Below the pieces are notes generated by a model. That model was given only the letters and a program-made list of their open reading frames with translations, ran no database searches and was not told the origin of the DNA. A stretch of DNA of 64,000 nt from Octopus vulgaris (taxonomy: Eukaryota). The stretch is from the NCBI GenBank assembly GCA_951406725.2, contig OX597827.1:47678001-47742000 (forward strand), given 5' to 3'. The position numbers and the translations under genes are program-made. This document shows, piece by piece, positions 27,030-40,213 of the stretch; within the stretch, counting starts at the first letter, position 1, and every line of letters begins with the position of its first letter.

Positions 27030-28372
27030 GGGGAAACAGGGCAAGCAGGATCACTGGAGTAAAACGGGCCAGCCCCATTTTAGAAAATCTAAATGGGTCT
27101 TAACCGTCGTGAACGCTTTCTAATTCAAAGTTACTTTCCTTCGATCTCACATTCCGAAAAGTTTCATTTTGGCGACAGTTTCCAGAAAGAAAAATACTGA
27201 AATTCAAGCCTTCAATGTAAGTATTGCTTTCAAATGTATTTATGTTGATGAAATAAATACCAACACCTTAGGTAAATATGGCGTAGCATGTTTCCAAACA
27301 TTTCAAACGTAAATGTTTAAGCAGCAACAATCTTGATTTTTCCTTAGGTTTGGGGTGCAGAGCAGACATTTTTTTTGTTGCAAACTGAATGGAGCAAAAC
27401 GGACCAAAGGATGTTAGGACAAAGCAGGCTACTGTCCCGCTTTGCCCTATATGTGTGTATGTTATATGTATGTGTGTACGTGTGTGTTTGTATATGTATG
27501 CACATACGTGTGCATGTGTAAGTGCATGAGTGCGTTGTGCATGTGTATGTATGGGGGGTGTTTTTATGGGTATATGTGTATGCAAAAGCAAGTGTACGCA
27601 TGTGTGTTTTTCTTTCTGTGTGTGCACGTGTGTGTGTGCAGGGCTGTGAGCGCCAGTGTCAGTGTGGGTGTGAGCTCGCATGAGTTTTATCTCACTTTCT
27701 TCATCCCATTTTGCTTATTATTTTCAGATGGTGAAAAATTATATTCGAAAACTAGAAGAGGCTCTTGGACTCCACACAACCCAGAGACACCCATGCAATA
27801 TATCTGACAAGGAAGTTCTCTTCGTCAGGTAGCAAAGCAGTATGAAGTCCCCAAGACAAGCTTGAAGTGACATCTAGAAGGCAAAGTGTCTTCTCCTGGT
27901 TAGCTTTCTTTAGGGTATTTTCAGCCAACACTAAAGAATTTTGAGCATGAACCTTCAGGGCTGGGATGGGTCTGCAAACCTGAGAGGAGGAAATAGTATT
28001 TCTCACGATCATAGTCTACTTTTATTTATTCATGTCATTTTCAGTTGTTTTATAGCTAAAGGATGCATTCCAGTATGATACACATGACTATGTATTTGAA
28101 TATATTTCAAAATGTAATAGACATTCATATGTGGCAAAACGGTCCAACCTGAACTCTTTTGCCCCAGTGCTGAGGCAAAACGGACCATGTCTGATAAAAA
28201 ATTCTTTTGCACATATCTATGCAAGGTGTTTTTCCGATTAATCATACTACACAGAAACATGTGAATGGGTATTCTTTATTCTATGCACGTAGCAATTTAC
28301 ATTAAGATGTGTGCATTTTTGACGGAAATATCGAACCTTTCCCATAGGGGGTCCATTTTGCCCTGTCTTCCC
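27030..28372 (+). mobile_element. Non-autonomous pogo-like DNA transposon
   Basis: TA-flanked TIRs ggggaaacagggcaa / ttgccctgtcttccc; internal gcaaaacgg(a/t)cc repeats; acceptor-like ttttcag followed by MVKNYIRK/TRRGSW at 27728 (psq-type transposase N-terminus, frameshifted). Confidence 0.6.
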
Positions 28373-29351
28373 TAACTCTAGTCGCATATTTTTTTCCGGC
28401 GCAGTAACGATTCTGCCCTCTCACCATCTAAAGATGGAGTAAATATTGAAAATATTTCGCATGTCTTGTTATCGTATCTTGCTCAAACAACTACTTCTTC
28501 GTTACTAAATAGTAAAATAAATATTTGCGTGGATCTAATCATATATGTGAAGACTAGGAAAAACATTTAGGAAGTGAAACGCTTAATTTATTGTTAATAA
28601 AATCAGAACAGGAATTATTTCTTCTTTGTTCTGCTATATTCGCCACGAACGCAGCAAAAGTAAATTGTTGCACTTACCAGAGACCGTCAATATCCTTGTA
28701 AATTTAATGGATTTTGACAGTGAACAGTCTTCATTCAATGAGTTAAATTTTTCAACGCTTCCACAAGGCCTCGTTATATTCTCCTGACACATCGGGAGTT
28801 TTGCCCTGTAACTGGGTATTGAACACTCTTACAATATTACCATGTTTCACAGCATATAAAGAATACCGACCCGCACTAGCTAATTTCAGCTGTTGACCAT
28901 CTAGGTTATGTGCCTGCAGCTTACCCTTATGTGAGCATGCTACAACAGAGTCCGAGAAAATATTTCAGGCTTTTTTAGTTCACCCGTAGACAGCCCTCAT
29001 TGAGAAGTATGATCAAAGCTGTTCCGTCAAGTTGCATTGTTGATTATATATTTCGAGATCGCAAGTAAGGCGGACGATTACTTAAGGGCTCACTAGTTGG
29101 AATAATATATAGATGCAACTGAGGGTGATCTTCATGATCTGCCATTGGTTCGAGGCATAAGGGTATTAGCGGCATGTAGTGGCAGTTAGAGGATGCAAAT
29201 GTGTAGCCTCGTAATTTACGTCGTATTAGCCACTCATACTCTAAGTAATAGCATAAGAAAATGAAATAATATGAAGCCAACTGGTTGGAGTAAGTCCCAG
29301 AAACAATGTCGTTAGGATCCTAAATCATAGGTAGTATATTTCTACAATTTC

Positions 29352-29757
29352 GAAGTAGCTGTCTGGTAAGTAGCTAGCTTTCCAACCACATGGTTCCGGG
29401 TTCAGTTCCACTGTGTGGCACCTTGGGCAAGTGTCTTCTTCTATAGCCTCGTGCCGACCAAAGCCTTGTGAGTGGATTTGGTAGACGGAAGCTGAAGGAA
29501 GCCCATCGTATATATGTATATATATATATGTACGTGTGTGTATATGTTTGTGTATCAGTGTTTGTCCCCCAAACACATGGGTTGACAGCCGATGCTGGGG
29601 TGTTTACGTCCACGTAACTTAGCACTTCGGCAAAAGCGACCGATAGAATAAGTACTTGGCTTACAAAGCATAGGTCCTGGGGTCGATTTGCTCGACTAAT
29701 GGCGGTGCTCCACCATGGCCACAGTCAAATGACTGAAACAAGTGAAAGAGTAAAGAG
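29352..29757 (+). mobile_element. SINE family 1
   Basis: Homology to the other copies. Confidence 0.9.
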
Positions 29758-29805
29758 TATACACAGATACATACTTATATATACATACATACATACATAC
29801 ATACA

Positions 29806-29832
<27 letters not shown>

Positions 29833-29836
<4 letters not shown>

Positions 29837-30058
29837 GAGGCAATATCTTATTCACTTAGTTTTACGTTTTTACTCTTATCACCTACGAAGTATTCTCCAT
29901 TTCAATCAGTACATCAGTTCAGGCACGTTTTCCAATGTTCGAAGCAGTCCTAGAACTTTTGCGACGTGATACCCTTTAACGCCTCCGTTGTTTTTCTTTC
30001 CCCTCTCCCACATCTGCCAAAAGTTTATCTTTAAGAACATTTTTCATTCATGCCAACT
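29833..30058 (-). mobile_element. Mariner 3' fragment closely matching 15981-16192
   Basis: Reverse-complement match, including the end tattgcctcatatgtatgta. Confidence 0.85.
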
Positions 30059-31264
30059 TGTACATGGCACGTACGATTCTTCCCTGTTTTACGCAACCTC
30101 AGTCATTACAGGTATTGGATATTGCCTTCCCAAAAAATTACAAGTCTAGGATAAAATCTCATCCATAATGATGAGTTATACAAAAAACTATATATCTGCT
30201 TGCTGCCCTTTGATTTCCACTTATCTTGGATTGTCTTAGTTTGGGGTTTTTACATTGGGTCAGAATTTGAATTCAGAACATGTATCAGAATTGTAGTTAA
30301 CAAGAGTATTATTTTCCTTCGTTTAGAAATATAGAAATAAAGTTTCCTAATACAAATGTGTCTGGTTCAACGTAAAACACCAAAAATAAGATATAATGGT
30401 GATTGAAAGTCAGACTTATTATAATGTTAAGTACTGAATATATAAATATTTATAAAAAGTTATTCTATCAATAAAGTTGGTGAATTATTTCAAAAAGTAT
30501 ATTATTATTAATCACAACTTATCGCAGACGTTTAATCATATAATCAGATTTGCAAGCTAAGAAAATGATTGTCAGCTCTACACAATTCACTCTACCTGTA
30601 AATTCGAGCTACTTTACTTAATATCTCTAATATCTATCAATGACTAATGTCAATCGATGTCTAGGTATACTTTTTGATTTAGTGAGAGTGCAATATTTAC
30701 AACAGACAGTAAATACAATGTTGGGGGTATCAGACACCTCTGATATTCCATTCGATAATCGTTGTAACAAAACCATTTTACCTGTTCGAACCTGCATATC
30801 GTGTTCTCTTCTCTGAGAACCCAGAGGAAGTGACGGCTCGTGTTAGTTGGCTACATACTCTATGGTCACTTCGATTGAAGATATATCTTCCAGTGATTGG
30901 TATTGACTGTGACACTGCTCAGAGTACTGCACAGGATGGCCCAAGCAAACACCTTCAAAAGCTGGATGCTGCCAGGTGTCGCAACGGTGCATACCCACAT
31001 ACCTGAGTTGGCTTGATCATCATACGGCTTTGATATCTTGATTCACTGAACTGATGAGATATTCGACTCTGAAGTTTCTATAAGTGGACCGATATGAAAT
31101 GATGTATTCGTAGTTCAGTCGGTGAAATTTCAAGAGGTCGAAACAGATATATTTCGTTAATACTATGCCCCATCGAGAAAATCGATATGGTCAGGTTACT
31201 GCGTAATTTATATTTTTCATCTGAGATCCTGCGATAAGAATATCTTTGGTTGCCCGTGGAAAAC

Positions 31265-31308
<44 letters not shown>

Positions 31309-31312
<4 letters not shown>

Positions 31313-31582
31313 GAATGGAGTTGAACGACTAGTTAACAAATATCCTTTATTCTCGACATATGTTTCGAAGGCTGCATATTCCTAATTCCGAAGGAATAAG
31401 GAGTACATTATGCAGATTTCTCATCAGGAAAATCAAGGAACTTATGTCGACATCAAAATGCACAAAAAACTTTTAGCTGACTGCTCTCAAGGAGCCCATG
31501 GCGATAATGAGTGTCCAAATTAGATACCCAGGTATCGGTTATCTTTCGAATTATCCTTAATAAGATAATTCATTCAACTACT

Positions 31583-31586
<4 letters not shown>
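31309..31586 (-). mobile_element. ~277-bp HHR-bearing element inserted in (TA)n
   Basis: Pure (TA)n on both sides; canonical HHR overlapping or immediately followed by AATAAA on the minus strand. Confidence 0.75.
31349..31433 (-). ncRNA. Type I hammerhead ribozyme with extended stem II
   Basis: Minus strand reads attttc-CTGATGA-GAA..ctgcata..tccttattcc ttc ggaattagga..tatgcag..TTC-GAAA-catatg-TC-gagaat; all core nucleotides present; GUC triplet; 6-bp stem I. Confidence 0.85.
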
Positions 31587-31658
<72 letters not shown>

Positions 31659-32149
31659 GGATATTTCGTTCAGCAATCGAATGAGATATATCCTGGTCCT
31701 GATTATAATTCATCTGCAGCTCTGACAAAGCTACCATCGGAGCAGACTGACTATCTGCATATTCAATAGTTAACTACTAATATATACAAACATAACTCTC
31801 TGATTACATTTAAACTAAAAAAATTGCTAACTTAACTGATTCATTGATCGATTGCTGATCGATTCCTTAACTTCTGGTTGTGCATGAATATCTAAGAAGT
31901 GATACATTTTTTTAAAAAAATACCTGAACTGTAAATAATACCAATGAGCATACAATCTTGCCAACGTGTCAATTATCATTTCTGCTGACGTACGCGGGAG
32001 CGCACACATACTTATTATATCTATCTCCAGTAATTATACACAGTATCTAGCCATAAAAGCAAGCTACCTACTAGTATATATATATGTAGTCATATATATA
32101 TATACATGTGTGTGTGCGTGCCTGCGAGTGTGTATGTATGTATACATAC

Positions 32150-32187
<38 letters not shown>

Positions 32188-32701
32188 CTACATACATATA
32201 TACATATATATATATTAATATTTATGCATATTAATAAATATATGCATATTATACATTTACGTATGCACATATATTTATGAATCTAAAACACGTATACACA
32301 CACACAAATATAAAAACATATATATATATATGTATATATATCTATATCTCTCTATATATACATATATACATATACATGTATACAAACACACATATATATT
32401 TATATATACACACACATATATGTGAATATATGTGCATGTGAATGCAAATATATCCTATTGTATGCAACTTCACATTAGTAATTATTGCAGCTGAGACACG
32501 CCAAGGTCTACAACCAAAACCTGCATTTATCAATGTGCTCAAATGTTTTATTCATGGATAAAATCATTTAAAAATATTAAGCCTAGCCTATCGCACGTCA
32601 GCATACATGGTACGCATATATGAATTTAAGCATGCACATAGCCATATTCATTCACGGACACGCACACACACAAACACACACACGCACACACATACACACA
32701 T

Positions 32702-32732
<31 letters not shown>

Positions 32733-32734
32733 CA

Positions 32735-33055
32735 GTGCGGTTAATAAACTGTCGTCTAGATTACACTTGAAGGAAAATAACACAGACATCTCATTTTAAC
32801 AGATACGTTTACCAAAATTACGTAAAAATATCTTGAAATACTCAAGACTAAATTTATTCAATAAAATCACTATTGGCTTCAACCATGGCCTTCAGGCTAC
32901 TTTAGAATCTCCTGTCAGTGTTCTGGACCGTCTCCATCTATAGGTTGGCGAATGGTGCCATAATCAGTCCCTTCAGCTCATATTTGGTGTTACAAGAAGT
33001 TTTGCTGGTTTCTTGCTCACCTGCACGCCATACATAATAATCGAAGTCAAATATC
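32735..33055 (-). pseudogene. DD37D (maT)-like transposase C-terminus and 3' end
   Basis: FDYYVWRAGEQETSKTSCNTKYELK...TVQNTDRRF*SSLKAMVEANSDFIE* with in-frame stops. Confidence 0.7.
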
Positions 33056-34199
33056 TCTTCGAATCATATGCAAGAGCACTGTTGGATTATCCTCAGACAA
33101 TTCACTAGAGTATTTCACGTTTATATTTCCCCAGTGATACTAATTGTTTTGTATTAAACATATTGATATGTTCGTTTTACGAACTTCCCTCGTCATGACA
33201 CGGCCATGCTGTAGCAGCGTCCTCGTTCTTGTCTTCTTTCGCATTTACAGTAGATTTTTGGTTGGCGACACGCTTCGGAAACTAATGAAAGCTGCACTAT
33301 TTAAAATGACTATTGTTTAGATAACCACATTATCCAAGATGCATTGTCTGTAAGCCATGTAAGATGCTCTGTTCACGGAAGGAAGGTCTTTGCCTTTAGT
33401 TTTATCAACTCCTCAATTCTAATCTGGGACTAGATATCCCCTAGAAGTCAACCTACTACAAACCCTTCCTCGACGTCCGTCACCCAAATTGAAGGAGCAG
33501 CTATGGTAGAAAGAAAGATGCACTTTTATGGCTCGAATATCTTTGATTACGCGTGTACTTGACTGGAGCTTTCAAGGAGTTTAAAAGAACCCCAACCCAA
33601 ACTGTGAACATAAATATATATTTCACTACTTGTTATACAGTCAATTCTAAATTATGAGTCATAGTTAAATCTGAAATGTATTGGGAACATGCCGCATCTA
33701 TTATAATTGTTGCCGAGAAATGACACTCAAAGCCTCTTGTGCAATATTACTTTCACAGTGCTCTGACCCCCATGTGACGTAGACTACTATAATTTCCTGT
33801 GTGATACTGTTTTACTGATTAACACGTTGCATCGTGGTATATTGCATGTTCTACAAGTTACCGCGACCCAGCCTAGACAACGGTGCTCAACTTGAATGAT
33901 TGTGGGCTAAAAAAATATGTGGCAATTGGCAACAAGGTGTTAGAGGGTCGCTGAATGCATAACGGCAACATGAATTATCTTGGAAATTATACCATACCTG
34001 TATTTTAACAGTATTAACAAATCTTTATCCAGATTAAGACATATATAACACATTGCGTTGTCAGTCAGTTCTATCGCAAATAATAATGGAATAAAATTCA
34101 ACATTTCAGCCCTGTATCTATACCAATGATTCTTAGCAATTTTAATAAAACAATTTAATAAACAATTTAATAACAATTTAAGAGTAAATAAAAGTTAAA

Positions 34200-34436
34200 T
34201 TTACTCTTTTACTCTGTTATTTGTTTCAGTCATTTGACTGTTGCCATGCTGGAGCACCGCCATTAGTCGAATAATTCTACCCCAGAACTTATTTGTTGTA
34301 AGCCTAGTACTTATTCTATCGGTCTCTTTTGCCTAACCGCTAAGTTACGGGGACGTAAACACACCAGCATCGGTTGTTAAGCGATGATGGGGGAACCAAA
34401 CACAGACACAAACAGGCACACACACACACACACACG

Positions 34437-34496
<60 letters not shown>

Positions 34497-34687
34497 TAGA
34501 TAGATAGATAGATAGATAGATACGACAGGCTTCTTTCAGTTTCCGTCTACCAAATCCACGCACAAGGTTTTGTTCGGCCCGGGGCTATAGTAGAAGACAC
34601 TTTCTCAAGGTGCCACGCAGTAGGACTGAATCCGGATCCATGTTGTTGGTAAGCAAACTACTTACCACACAGCCACTCCTACGCCTA
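34200..34687 (-). mobile_element. SINE family 1
   Basis: Homology to the other copies; expanded internal microsatellite. Confidence 0.9.
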
Positions 34688-35538
34688 AAGTAATTTTGTG
34701 TTCTTTTGTTGACAAATAAGAGAAAGGATGGCTGTAAAAAGCCAATCAGCAAAACGTGCGAGCAAATACAGAAGAATGAGAACCAGCGACGAATATTACG
34801 GATGTAGCACAGTAGTAGGCATGACGAAGGATTTCTCATCACTAATCCTCGGTAGATGTCAACGTATGGAATTTTATTTTACATTAATTCAAACCAACAA
34901 TGAAGTGACAGCGTGGGAGTTTGAGCGGCTAGAAATAGAAATTAAATTCACTTAAACCATATTTTAGTACGTAAGGAAATGAAGGCAGTATTGTGCAATG
35001 TTATCACTAGAAAAAAAAATATCGCATGATGAGAACGCTTTCACCATATTTATATTTGATCAGGTCATATCGTGATAGCTCTTATAGATATGTCTTTTCG
35101 AACTTGACCTGGGGTTATACATCAACAATCAGCAACATTTAAAAGAAACTCGGTCAGTGAGAGCTTACCAAACATGACATCGTTCTGAGTCGGATCAAAA
35201 TATTTCTATCTAAACATTCTTACGTGACTAAAAGCGCTTAGAATAACTAGCCTTATGGATTATCATTGATCAGGCATCTTCACATTTCCACGATAAATTG
35301 ATTCTGATCTGGCGTTTAAGAACAATCCGAGAGACGGAAAATATACTTTTTCGGCTATGCTACCAAGAAGTACTAACCCAAAATAAGCTCATAACACGAG
35401 TGAATGCTTTGAATTCCTTATACCATGCAACCTGTAATTCAAAGGTCACTTTCATTTGTACTTTTGCTGCAAATGCGATAATGTTACGATGGAAGGATTT
35501 CATTGTATACACTTATATAAATGATCATCTACTGTGTA

Positions 35539-36808
35539 CAGGGGTGGACAAAATAATGGAAACACTTAGCATTATAACATCATAATATTTAAGTATCTAT
35601 AAAACCGTCAAAAGTTTGCTTATCTTTATATCTTTTGATTTATTATTAGTGTTGCTTAATATATTTTGTTAAAATTGTTGTTTCGTTTGAGATATCATTG
35701 GAAAAAGGTAATTAAAATTCATTAAAATGATAGATCTATCGGACTTACAAAGAGGTCAAATACTTGCTGCTCGTATAGCAGGCGCTAGCGTAACGAAAAC
35801 AGCCGAAATATTTGGTGTATTAAGAAGTACTATCTCAAGTAATGACAGTCTCTGAGAAAGAGGGGAAAAAAACCTCCTCGTCGAAACAAAACTCCGGAAG
35901 AAAGCTAAAACTTTCAGATAGGACTCTTACGCGAATTGTTAAAGAGGATCACAAAAGTACACCTCTCAAATTACTGCAGAGCTTAATGGCCACCTCAAGA
36001 TCAAAGTTTCCACAAAAAGTGTTCGCTGGGTACTGCGCAAAGCTGGATTTCACGTGAGGGCTACAATCGGAAAACCACTACTTTCAAAAACAAACGTTGC
36101 AAAGCGTTTAGAGTGGAGGAAAAACCTACAGAATTGGTCCCTAGAGCAATGGAAGAATGTTATATTTTCGGATGAGTCATCGTTTACCTTTTTACTGACC
36201 ACCGGCCAAGTATACGTGTGGAGACAGCCAAAAGAAGCATTTGACCCAGACTGCCTTCTTCCAACTGTTAAACATAGAGGAGGATCTGTGATGATCTGGG
36301 GTGTGGGGTACTATATTTTGGAAATCCGCCGGCCTAATGGTTTCCCTTCATGGCAGAATTAATAGTCAAGACTATTTAAGTATTTTATCTGATCAAATTC
36401 CTCCTTTGGTTGCGGAACTGTTTCCGGAGAAAAACGCAATCTTTCAGAATTATAATGCACCAATTCACACAGCAAAAGTTGTTACTGAATGGCACGAGGA
36501 ATAGTGTTGTGAAGTTGAACATCTTATCTGGCAGCCACAAACCCCCGATCACAATATTATTGAACATTTATGGTGCGTTTTAGAAAAAGAAGTAAAGAGT
36601 CGATATCCTCCACCATCGTCACAACAAAACCTGGAGACTGTTTTAGCTGAAGAATGGAGAAAAATTCATTTGGAAATAATTCAAACTTTGTACGAGTCCA
36701 TACCGCGTAGAATTCAAGCTGTAAATACTGCCAAAGGCAGTCCTACTCCACATTAAGGTAAATTTGTTTGAAATTTTAAGGTATTTCCATTATTTTGTCC
36801 AACGCCTG
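35539..36808 (+). mobile_element. Full-length Tc1-family transposon (1270 bp)
   Basis: TA TSD; TIRs caggggtggacaaaataatggaaacac / gtatttccattattttgtccaacgcctg. Confidence 0.95.
35727..36756 (+). pseudogene. Tc1 DD34E transposase, frameshifted and with stops
   Basis: MIDLSDLQRGQI.., WKNVIFSDES, VMIWG, FQNYNAPIH, WQPQTPDHNIIEHLW, AKGSPTPH*. Confidence 0.92.
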
Positions 36809-36937
36809 TATATATGTATATGTGTGTACGTGTGTGTTTGTGCATATGTATACGTACGAAATCATAATACATTCTCATATATATATATATATATATATAT
36901 ATTAAATTAGAGATAACTCAATATATATATTTATATT

Positions 36938-37001
<64 letters not shown>

Positions 37002-37264
37002 AATTTATAAGTATAAATTAATAAATTTAAAATGTTTTAATTTTAAATTTTGAATTTTATATTTTATATATGTTGTATATTATATTAATTAATTTTATTT
37101 CTATGTTTTGGTTTATATTTTTCACTGTTTGATTTGCCTAATAGTGGTTTTATCTCTAATTTAATATATATATATATATTTATACTGTAAAATTAGGTCT
37201 AATCCTAAATCTAATTTTTCCCTGTAAGTTTGGATTTATTCCCTAATATTATTATTATTATTAT

Positions 37265-37350
<86 letters not shown>

Positions 37351-37352
<2 letters not shown>

Positions 37353-37729
37353 GTACCACTCCGTCGGTTACGACGACGAGGGTTCCGGTTGATCCGATCA
37401 ACGGAACAGCCTGCTCGTGAAATTGACGTGTAAGTGGCTGAGCACTCCACAGACACATGTACCCTTAACGTACTTCTCGGGGATATTCATCGTGACACAG
37501 AGAGTGACAAGGCCGGCCCTTTGAAATACAGGTACAATAGAAACAGGAAGTAAGAGTGAGAGAAAGTTGTGGTGAAAGAGTACAGCAGGGATCACCACCA
37601 TCCCTGCCGGAGTCTCGTGGAGCTTTAGGTGTTTTCGCTCAATAAACACTCACAACGCCCGGTCTGGGAATCGAAACCGCGATCCTACGACCGCGAGTCC
37701 GCTGCCCTAACCACTGGGCCGTTGCGCCT

Positions 37730-37731
<2 letters not shown>
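37351..37731 (-). mobile_element. tRNA-derived SINE, family 3
   Basis: Minus-strand head ggaggcgcaacggcccagtggttaggg...ggtttcgattccc (A/B boxes); flanked by microsatellites. Confidence 0.8.
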
Positions 37732-37782
<51 letters not shown>

Positions 37783-37788
37783 ATTGGA

Positions 37789-37931
37789 TATATAATTGTT
37801 AAAGAGAACGACAAACGGTAAAGGCCAGGCAAACGTCTCAATTCGTATGCAATAGTGTTGTTGGAAAAATACTAATATTGTATATGAATTAAGATGTTTA
37901 CCTTGCCTTAATGTTTGTTGTTCTCTATAAC

Positions 37932-37940
<9 letters not shown>
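37789..37940. repeat. Imperfect ~70-bp-arm foldback in (TA)n
   Basis: tataattgttaaagagaacgacaaac...aattcgtatgcaata versus tattgtatatgaatt...gtttgttgttctctataacaattata. Confidence 0.75.
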
Positions 37941-37977
<37 letters not shown>

Positions 37978-38207
37978 AGAGAGAGAGAGAGAGAGGGGAG
38001 AACAGAAGAAAAAGAAAATGGAGACCGGGAAGTTAATAATTATTTATTATTCAAATTAATCCTCTTCACTAACAGCTGTTACAATTAATACTCAGTAAAC
38101 ATGAAGTAAATATAAAATTTATATTTTTATGACCTGAGCATAATACCACCACAGAGAAAAAAATATATGCCCTAAGAAGGGGTGGCATGTATAAAGAGTA
38201 GACGTAT

Positions 38208-38298
<91 letters not shown>

Positions 38299-39053
38299 CA
38301 TACTTATTCATGTATTTGCGCATGTATACGTACATGTACGTAGATACGTGTTTGAGCGGATATGTGTGTGGATATGTGGATGTATATGTGTGGGTATATG
38401 CGTGTGTGTCTCTATATTTATGGACGTGCGAATTCATATATGTATGTGTGTATATGTGTATTTGCGCGTACTTGCATATATTCTAATTTCCATAACTTTA
38501 TTTAACCCTTACAAAAGAATATTCCATTCCTTTATTAACCATAATTTTACCTTATTTATACTTAAGTTCCCTCAATCATCTCTAATTTATTGTTCTAATT
38601 CTATTTACCAACTCTATCTTAGCTCCAATCATCCTGTAATTCCCCCCGCCCGAACATATCACGATACAAATCAGAAACCGTATCATTCAGTCTGCTATGA
38701 TGAATCTATAAACACATATACAACGTTCAAGGGTATATTTTCCCCTCTGAAGATATTACGCACACGTCATATAAATATGAATTTAATATTCATTTCATAT
38801 TTACTGAAGATTAATTGAAACAGATGTAAGTGAAGATGATCATTATTTTGTTAATAATAAATAGTTATTAATTTCCCAATCTTCATTTTATTTTCTTCGT
38901 TTATATGAATATAAACTATGTTTATATATATATACCGACTATTTTGAGGAAATTAATTCCCCCCAAAATACTGGGCATTGAGTTAGTATTTTCTTGGATG
39001 AAACCATCCGCTCATGATATCTATATATATATATCTATCTATTTATCTATCTA

Positions 39054-39134
<81 letters not shown>

Positions 39135-39419
39135 GTGTGGATATATATGAACGTGTGTATATATGAACCTGTATATACATCGCTACATCTCACATTTGCA
39201 AACCTAATTTCCAGAGACCATTTCATGCATCGCTAGCTTAATGCATCTGTACTGTTCACAATCATTTTCCATGATTCTTTAAAACAATATCCTATTTTGC
39301 TCCGACCCTTAATGTCATCACATTAATACTTCACTTGAAATGAATACGAATGCGCTTGAAAAGTTTAGAGATTTAAATAATTTCGAACATACGAATATCA
39401 ACCCTAAATCAATATATAT

Positions 39420-39760
39420 CAATCAAAACTATAAAAGAAAAACATGTTATGTAGTAAAAGAAAATGTGACAGTTTGTAACATTGCCTAGCTGGATAATTT
39501 TCCACTTCGATAACCGCACCGATTTTAGACATGGAACTTTTAGATTTCTGCAGATCCCCAGGATATGTGGTTCCATACCAAATCTTGATGATTACGTCAA
39601 TTAACGGAGTTCTATCATTCGGTTTGAAAACCGGCAATAGTCTCTTGGTTCGTAGCGAAAAATTGTCAATAAGGTGAAGTTCTGAGATATTTCCAGGCAA
39701 TTCTAAAACGTTTATTTTATGGAACTTTACACATTCTAACAAGATTTTAATCAAGATGAC
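39420..39760 (-). pseudogene. Highly decayed Tc1-like transposase C-terminus
   Basis: KINVLELPGNISELHLIDNF, resembling INVLEWPGNSPDLNPIENL. Confidence 0.5.
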
Positions 39761-39922
39761 AAAATCGGCCCGGAATTAATTCAACCAAGTCATGTGGAAT
39801 TATTTAACTGATTCAAAGAAATAATGTCGTTTGTAATAGTTATTATAGAATACTTTTGCAGTGAAAGCTTGTATCACTATTTCAATATGGTCGACATCTC
39901 TGTCAGATATATAATTTTAGAG

Positions 39923-40213
39923 CAGTGGTTCCCAAACTCTTTTGGGCTGCCGTCCCCTTGACACTCGAACCACATTCCGAACGTCCCCCACTCCAACTCA
40001 GCACCACAAACATAGACCATTTTCTGCAGCAAATTCAGAATAGTATTTCACAAATAAAACTTAACCTAATTAACCCATTATTTGGGGAAAGAAGGTTACA
40101 TCTATCGCCCTCTTTTGGCTATCCTATTATTGCCCCACTTTTCTTTAACGCCGTTCTTAATCTTTCCACCGCTCACAGGGGGCGGGCAGTACCGTCCACT
40201 TTGGAAACCACTG
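39923..40213. mobile_element. hAT (Charlie-like) MITE, 291 bp
   Basis: TIRs cagtggttcccaaa / tttggaaaccactg; perfect 8-bp TSD ttttagag at 39915-39922 and 40214-40221. Confidence 0.92.

Noticed and set aside
27800-27835. Minus-strand CTGACGAAGAG
   Set aside because: No closing stem II plus GAAA; lies inside the pogo-like element
37655-37731. tRNA-like sequence
   Set aside because: SINE head without a complete acceptor stem; not a tRNA gene
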